A DNA stretch of 64,000 nucleotides from an uncultured Acidobacteriota bacterium (GTDB lineage Bacteria; Acidobacteriota; JAQAZP01). The position numbers were made by a program, and so were the translations under genes. Below are positions 58,955 through 64,000 of the stretch, piece by piece (positions within the stretch are counted from its first letter, which is position 1; every line of letters starts with the position of its first letter). The stretch lies in NCBI GenBank assembly GCA_963836075.1, contig CAWIIB010000001.1, forward strand, positions 1,376,001 through 1,440,000, written 5' to 3'. A model generated the notes under the pieces. The model worked only from the letters and a program-made list of their open reading frames with translations, was not told the origin of the DNA and did no database searches.

Positions 58955-60589
58955 CTATTCCTCGGTGAGGAATGGATAGCGGAAATCCTTCGGCGGGATG
59001 AAGTTTTCCTTGATCGTCCGCTGGGAGATCCAGCGCAGCAGGTTGGTGGCCGAACCGGCCTTGTCGTTGGTTCCCGAGGCCCGGCTGCCGCCGAAGGGCT
59101 GCTGCCCCACCACCGCGCCGGTGGGTTTGTCGTTGATATAGAAGTTTCCCGCCGCGTGGCGCAGCGCATCGGACGCCTCGAGGATCGCCTTGCGCTCCTG
59201 GGCGAAGATGGCGCCGGTGAGCGCGTAGGGCGAGGTGCTGTCACACACTTTCAGCGTTTCGCTGAATTCTGCGTCGGGATAGACGTAGATGGTGATCACC
59301 GGGCCGAAGATCTCCTCCTCCATGGTTTTGGTGTGCGGCTGTTTGGCCAGCACCACCGTGGGCTCGATGAAATAGCCCTTGGAGTCGTCATACCCACCGC
59401 CGGCGATGATCTCGCTGTCCGGGTCGTTCTTCGCGTGGTCGATGTAGCCGCTGATGCTCTTGAAGGCGGCGGCGTCGATCACCGCGTTCATGAAGTTGGT
59501 GAAGTCACAAACGTCGCCCATCTTGATCCCGGCGATGTCGGCCAGCAGGCGCTCCTTGTATTCGGGCCAGAGCGACTGCGGGATATAGGCCCGGGAGGCG
59601 GCCGAACACTTCTGCCCCTGGTATTCGAAGGCGCCGCGAACGGTGGCGGTGACCAGCGCCTGGAGATCGGCACTGGGGTGGGCGAAGATGAAGTCCTTGC
59701 CGCCGGTCTCACCGACGATGCGGGGATAGGTCTTGTAGTTGCTGATGTTGTCGCCCACCGTCTTCCACATGCCCTGGAAGACCTCGGTGCTGCCGGTGAA
59801 GTGCACGCCGGCAAGGTCGGGATGGGCCATCACCGGGTCGCCCACCGTGCCGCCGGGGCCGGGGATCAGGTTGATCACCCCGTCGGGCATCCCCGCCTCC
59901 TGGAGAAGCTTCATGATGTAGTACGCGGAATGGACCGAGGAGGAGGCCGGTTTCCAGAGCACGGTGTTGCCCATCAGTGCCGGAGCGCTGGGCAGGTTGC
60001 CGGCGATGGAGGTGAAGTTGAACGGCGTCACGGCAAAGACGAACCCTTCCAGCGGCCGGTGTTCGAGACAGTTCCAGACCCCGTCCAGCGAGAAGGGCGG
60101 CTGCCCCTCGTAGATCTCCTGCATGTACCAGGGATTGAAGCGCCAGAAGTCGATCAGCTCGCAGGCGGAGTCGATCTCGGCCTGGAAGGCGTTCTTGCTC
60201 TGACCGAGCATGGTGGACGCATTGAGCACCTGGCGGTAGGGACCGGTGAGCAGTTCGGCGGCCTTGAGCATGATGGCGGCCCGGGAGTTCCAGGGCATCG
60301 AGCCCCATTCCTTCCACGCGGCAGCGGCGGCATCGGCGGCCTGGTTCACTTCCGCGGCGCCGGCCTTGTGGTAACGGCCCAGGATATGCGCGTGGTCGTG
60401 GGGCATGCGGCAGTCGCCCATGTTCCCCGTCTTCACTTCCTTGCCGCCAATGATCAACGGGATCTCGATCTCCTCGGCGGCCATCTGCTTCAACACCGCC
60501 TTGAGGTCGGCCTTCTCCGGCGAGCCCGGGCCATAGGGGTAGATCGGTTCGTTTTCTGGTGGCGGAATCTGCAGGATGGCGTTGTTCAT
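58955..60589 (-). CDS. pruA: L-glutamate gamma-semialdehyde (P5C) dehydrogenase
   Basis: AEID..CE, PFNF, FTGS, GETGGK, FEYQGQKCSA, EEIFGP, YINDKPTGA, QQPFGG. Confidence 0.95.
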   Translation of the reverse strand: MNNAILQIPPPENEPIYPYGPGSPEKADLKAVLKQMAAEEIEIPLIIGGKEVKTGNMGDCRMPHDHAHILGRYHKAGAAEVNQAADAAAAAWKEWGSMPWNSRAAIMLKAAELLTGPYRQVLNASTMLGQSKNAFQAEIDSACELIDFWRFNPWYMQEIYEGQPPFSLDGVWNCLEHRPLEGFVFAVTPFNFTSIAGNLPSAPALMGNTVLWKPASSSVHSAYYIMKLLQEAGMPDGVINLIPGPGGTVGDPVMAHPDLAGVHFTGSTEVFQGMWKTVGDNISNYKTYPRIVGETGGKDFIFAHPSADLQALVTATVRGAFEYQGQKCSAASRAYIPQSLWPEYKERLLADIAGIKMGDVCDFTNFMNAVIDAAAFKSISGYIDHAKNDPDSEIIAGGGYDDSKGYFIEPTVVLAKQPHTKTMEEEIFGPVITIYVYPDAEFSETLKVCDSTSPYALTGAIFAQERKAILEASDALRHAAGNFYINDKPTGAVVGQQPFGGSRASGTNDKAGSATNLLRWISQRTIKENFIPPKDFRYPFLTEE

Positions 60590-61128
60590 CTGGTCTCTCC
60601 TCCTGGAAACAGCAATCGAAATCTCTGGACTCGGGTCTCGGCACATCAGGAACCGTCACCCGTTGAACGGCAGCGAGACAGAGTCCTCATTTAGCACAAC
60701 ATGGCCGGGAAGTAAACCGTCAGGCCCAACTTCCCGGCAGGATGGGAAACATATTCCACAATGTTAGTTTATTGGTCGAATTTTGCCCTCTGCAGTGGAA
60801 AAATTGTTCCACCTGCTGTGGATGGAGGACGATGTACCAGCACTGTTTCTTGAAGAATCCTGTCTCGGACCTAGGGGAATGTTAGTTTCAGAAATCGTAT
60901 TCTCCTTTCATTTTAAACGATTTATGCTCAATCACCACTGCGCCGCCTCCATTCGGCGCACACTGTTTCACCGGTCAGGCATGGGACTTGCAGTTTCAGC
61001 CTGACACGTGCCGGTCGATTCGGGAGGCTGATCAGCCACCCACAGGGCCGGGAGGATGGATCAACTGTCCCGCCGCCGCCCGGAGGGGAGGCGGCAGAGC
61101 GCAAGGGAACAGAGCGGAGATCTTTTAC

Positions 61129-61350
61129 ATGTTGAAACTGGTAAACATCGCCGAGTTGGAACGATTGGAATCGACGCTGCAGAACAGCAAGCTGATCCAC
61201 CGTGTCCTCACCGACTACCTCCTTGACAGCAACGTGACCAGCAAGGAGGAAGAGGAATCGATTCGGGAGAGGTTGATCCAGATATCCATGGAAAAGGTTT
61301 TCAAAAAAACCGGCTGCTTCCTGCCAAACAAAGGAGGCATGAGCCAGTAA
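61129..61350 (+). CDS. Small hypothetical protein (73 aa)
   Basis: GGAG RBS, ATG, helical Glu-rich sequence; no recognised motif. Confidence 0.55.
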   Translation: MLKLVNIAELERLESTLQNSKLIHRVLTDYLLDSNVTSKEEEESIRERLIQISMEKVFKKTGCFLPNKGGMSQ

Positions 61351-61495
61351 ATCCGCACTTCCCGGATTTGTCCCACACCATAACCCCCTACCTTAACCGG
61401 GATCGACACGCATCCCCCCCACCTCCCCCCGGGCAAGGCCTGCGCAAGCAGGCCGCCGCCCGCCGCCCTTCTCACCAAAATCCCGAAGTTGAAGT

Positions 61496-63337
61496 TCAAT
61501 CATGGCTGAGGTGCTCGTGGATCTTCCGGGCGAGATTCTGTGATATCCCCGTCACGCCGGCGATCTCGTCGGTGGTGGCTTCCCTGAGTTTGGCCACGCC
61601 GCCAAAATGGGCCAGCAGCGCCCGGCGGCGGGCCGGCCCCACGCCGGGGATCTCGTTGAGCACCGAAGAGAGGGACTGGCGTCCGCGGAGCTTGCGGTGG
61701 TAGCTGATGGCGAAGCGGTGAGCCTCGTCGCGGATCCGCTGGAAGAGCAGGCGCGCGGCCGACCCCTCGGAGAGTTCCACCGGGGCCGCCCGACCATCGA
61801 GATAGATCCGGTCGCCAAGACCACCGGCTTCCCGACGGTGGTCCGCTCTGCGTTCCTTGGCGATGGAGGCCAGCACCGGTCCTTCCACCCCCAGATGGTC
61901 CAGGGCGGTCCGGGCCACACCCAGCTGGCCCGGACCGCCGTCCAGCAGGATCAGGTCCGGCAGGTCCCACCCCTCCTGGTGTTCGATGGCCCGCCGCAGG
62001 CGGCGCTCCAGCACCTGGCGCATCATGGCGTAGTCGTCCGGCGGACCGTCCCAGCGGACCTTGAACCGGCGGTAGCCCGACTTCTCCGGCAGACCACCCA
62101 CAAAGGTGACCATGGAGGCGGTGGCCGTCTGGCCCTGGGTGGTGGAGACATCGAAGCACTCGATCCGTCCGGGGCGGACGTCGAGGTCCAGTTCGCTGCC
62201 CGCCTGGTCCACCAGGGCCGGACCGTCGGTGCCGGTGCGGCCGGCTTCCAGGGCCCAGCGGGCATTCTCCCGGGCCAGCCGCGCCAGCCGCGCCTTGGGC
62301 CCCCGCTGGGGGAAGGTGAAACGCACCCGGCGTCCCCGGAGATCGGTGAGGCGCTCCTCCAGCACCGCCCAGCCGGCGGGACGCCCGGCAAAGACCACCT
62401 CCGGCGGGATTTCCCGTCCTTCCACCGCATAGTACTGGTTGACGAAGGACGCGGTGAGCTCGCCGGTGGGCAGGTCCCGGTTGTCGAAGAGGTGGTTCTC
62501 CGAACCGGAGAGCCGGCCGCCGCGCACGGCCATCGCCTGGATGGCCAGCCGGGGCCCCGAGCGGAGCCAGCCGAAGATGTCCCGGTCCTCGTCCCGCTGG
62601 TCCACCACCAGCTGGGACTCCAGGGTCTTTTTGATGTCGGCCACCCGGTCCCGCAACAGGGCCGCCTTCTCGTATTCCCGGCGCTCCGACGCCTCGTACA
62701 TCTCCGTCTCCAGACGGCGCACCACCGCCTTTTTCCGGCCGCGGAGGAAAAGCACGGCACCGTTCACCACCTCGGCGTACCCCGCCTCGTCCACCAGGCC
62801 CACACAGGGGGCCAGGCACTGGCCCATCTCGTGGTACAGACAGGGCCGTTTGCGCTGCCGCATCACGGCATCGGTGCAGTGGCGCAGGGGGAAGATGGTG
62901 CGCACCGAGCGCAGCGTCTCCTTCAGTGCCCGCTTGGAAGCGTAGGGGCCGAAGTAGGCCGCCCCGTCCCGCTTGCGGAAACGGGTGACGTGGATCCGGG
63001 GAAACGGCTCCTTGAGGGCGATGCGGATACTGACGTAGGTCTTGTCGTCGCGATAGGTGACGTTGAAGCGCGGCCGGTGCTTCTTGATCAGGATGTTCTC
63101 GAGGATCAACGCTTCCTTCTCGGTCTCGGTGACCACGAAATCAAGATCGGCCAGCGCGGCCACCAGCGCCGGGAAAAGGGCGCGACCGTCGCCCCGGCCC
63201 CGGGTGACATAGGCGCTGACCCGCGAACGGAGATCCCGGGCCTTGCCGACATAGATCACCTTACCGCCGTCATTCTTGAGCAGGTAAACCCCGGGCCGCC
63301 GGGGGAGCCGCCGTACCTTGTTTCTGAGGCGCTCCAT
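61496..63337 (-). CDS. uvrC: Excinuclease ABC subunit C
   Basis: PGVY..IYVGKA..LR.R (GIY-YIG), FGPY, CLY..C..PC, IECFDVS, DGG.GQ, RDEAHRFA, HhH GVG. Confidence 0.97.
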   Translation of the reverse strand: MERLRNKVRRLPRRPGVYLLKNDGGKVIYVGKARDLRSRVSAYVTRGRGDGRALFPALVAALADLDFVVTETEKEALILENILIKKHRPRFNVTYRDDKTYVSIRIALKEPFPRIHVTRFRKRDGAAYFGPYASKRALKETLRSVRTIFPLRHCTDAVMRQRKRPCLYHEMGQCLAPCVGLVDEAGYAEVVNGAVLFLRGRKKAVVRRLETEMYEASERREYEKAALLRDRVADIKKTLESQLVVDQRDEDRDIFGWLRSGPRLAIQAMAVRGGRLSGSENHLFDNRDLPTGELTASFVNQYYAVEGREIPPEVVFAGRPAGWAVLEERLTDLRGRRVRFTFPQRGPKARLARLARENARWALEAGRTGTDGPALVDQAGSELDLDVRPGRIECFDVSTTQGQTATASMVTFVGGLPEKSGYRRFKVRWDGPPDDYAMMRQVLERRLRRAIEHQEGWDLPDLILLDGGPGQLGVARTALDHLGVEGPVLASIAKERRADHRREAGGLGDRIYLDGRAAPVELSEGSAARLLFQRIRDEAHRFAISYHRKLRGRQSLSSVLNEIPGVGPARRRALLAHFGGVAKLREATTDEIAGVTGISQNLARKIHEHLSHD

Positions 63338-63364
63338 TGGCGATGCCCCATGGAGGATACCGGG

Positions 63365-64000
63365 TCAGGAGGGTTGGGGCTCCGTTCCCGGCCTGGTGAG
63401 GTTGTCGAGGTGGATCGAGCAGAACTTGCCGCACATGGTGCAGACCTCGTGGGACATCCCGTCACCCTCGCTGCGGAATTTTCGCGCCCGTACCGGGTCG
63501 ATGGCCTGGGCGAACATCCCCTCCCAATCCAGGGCCTTGCGGCTGGTGGACATGGCCAGGTCGCGCTCGGCGGCGCCGGGAATCCCCTTGGCGATGTCGC
63601 CGGAATGGGCGGCGATGCGGGCGCCGATCACCCCTTCACGGACGTCCTCCGGGTCGGGCAGCCGGAGGTGCTCGGCCGGGGTGACATAACAGAGGAAGTC
63701 GGCGCCGGCCATGGCGGCCACCGCGCCGCCGATGGCGGAGCTGATGTGGTCGTAGCCGGGGCTGATGTCGGTGGTCAGCGGACCGAGCACGTAAAACGGC
63801 GCTCCCTCACAGAGATCCTTCTGCATCCGCACCTGGGCCGCCACCTTGTGCAGCGGCACGTGGCCCGGCCCCTCGATCATCACCTGCACACCGGCCTCCC
63901 GGGAGCGGCGGGCCAGCTCGCCGAGGACCACCAGTTCTGCCACCTGGGGCCCGTCGCCGGCATCGGCAATGGCGCCGGGGCGCAGCCCGTCACCCAGGCT
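63365..64000 (-). CDS. thiC: Phosphomethylpyrimidine synthase ThiC family, 5' truncated by window edge
   Basis: [46 protein letters not shown] (Bza paralogs not excluded). Confidence 0.9.
   Translation of the reverse strand, partial: SLGDGLRPGAIADAGDGPQVAELVVLGELARRSREAGVQVMIEGPGHVPLHKVAAQVRMQKDLCEGAPFYVLGPLTTDISPGYDHISSAIGGAVAAMAGADFLCYVTPAEHLRLPDPEDVREGVIGARIAAHSGDIAKGIPGAAERDLAMSTSRKALDWEGMFAQAIDPVRARKFRSEGDGMSHEVCTMCGKFCSIHLDNLTRPGTEPQPS

Overview
GC-rich bacterial chromosomal window from a probable diderm (Acidobacteriota/Desulfobacterota-like gene content; taxonomy is inference). It carries about 47 protein genes. I saw no rRNA, tRNA, CRISPR array or recognisable transposase/integrase. 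Contents in order: a surface-glycan/GT-C locus with a radical SAM, an AlkP-superfamily lipoprotein and a TMTC-like TPR protein (1-9.6 kb); leuS; a DEAD-box helicase; a sigma54-controlled VIT/vWA GlyGly-CTERM + rhombosortase cassette; folE, rseP, a PEPCK-like gene, an AspAT-PEPCK-like fusion, flotillin, CCA enzyme; a PepSY/two-component locus followed by a direct-repeat-bounded lipid A modification remnant; pruA, uvrC and partial thiC. The most striking observation is that two unrelated secreted proteins 36 kb apart end in the same ungapped 121-aa C-terminal domain (about 48% identical by hand count, motif EDVTPxPYNQPPYPPAGD), a candidate new secretion/sorting signal in the position a T9SS CTD usually occupies. 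About a dozen single-base frameshifts (mostly insertions) look like long-read errors, and several sit on GTAC/TCGA palindromes.
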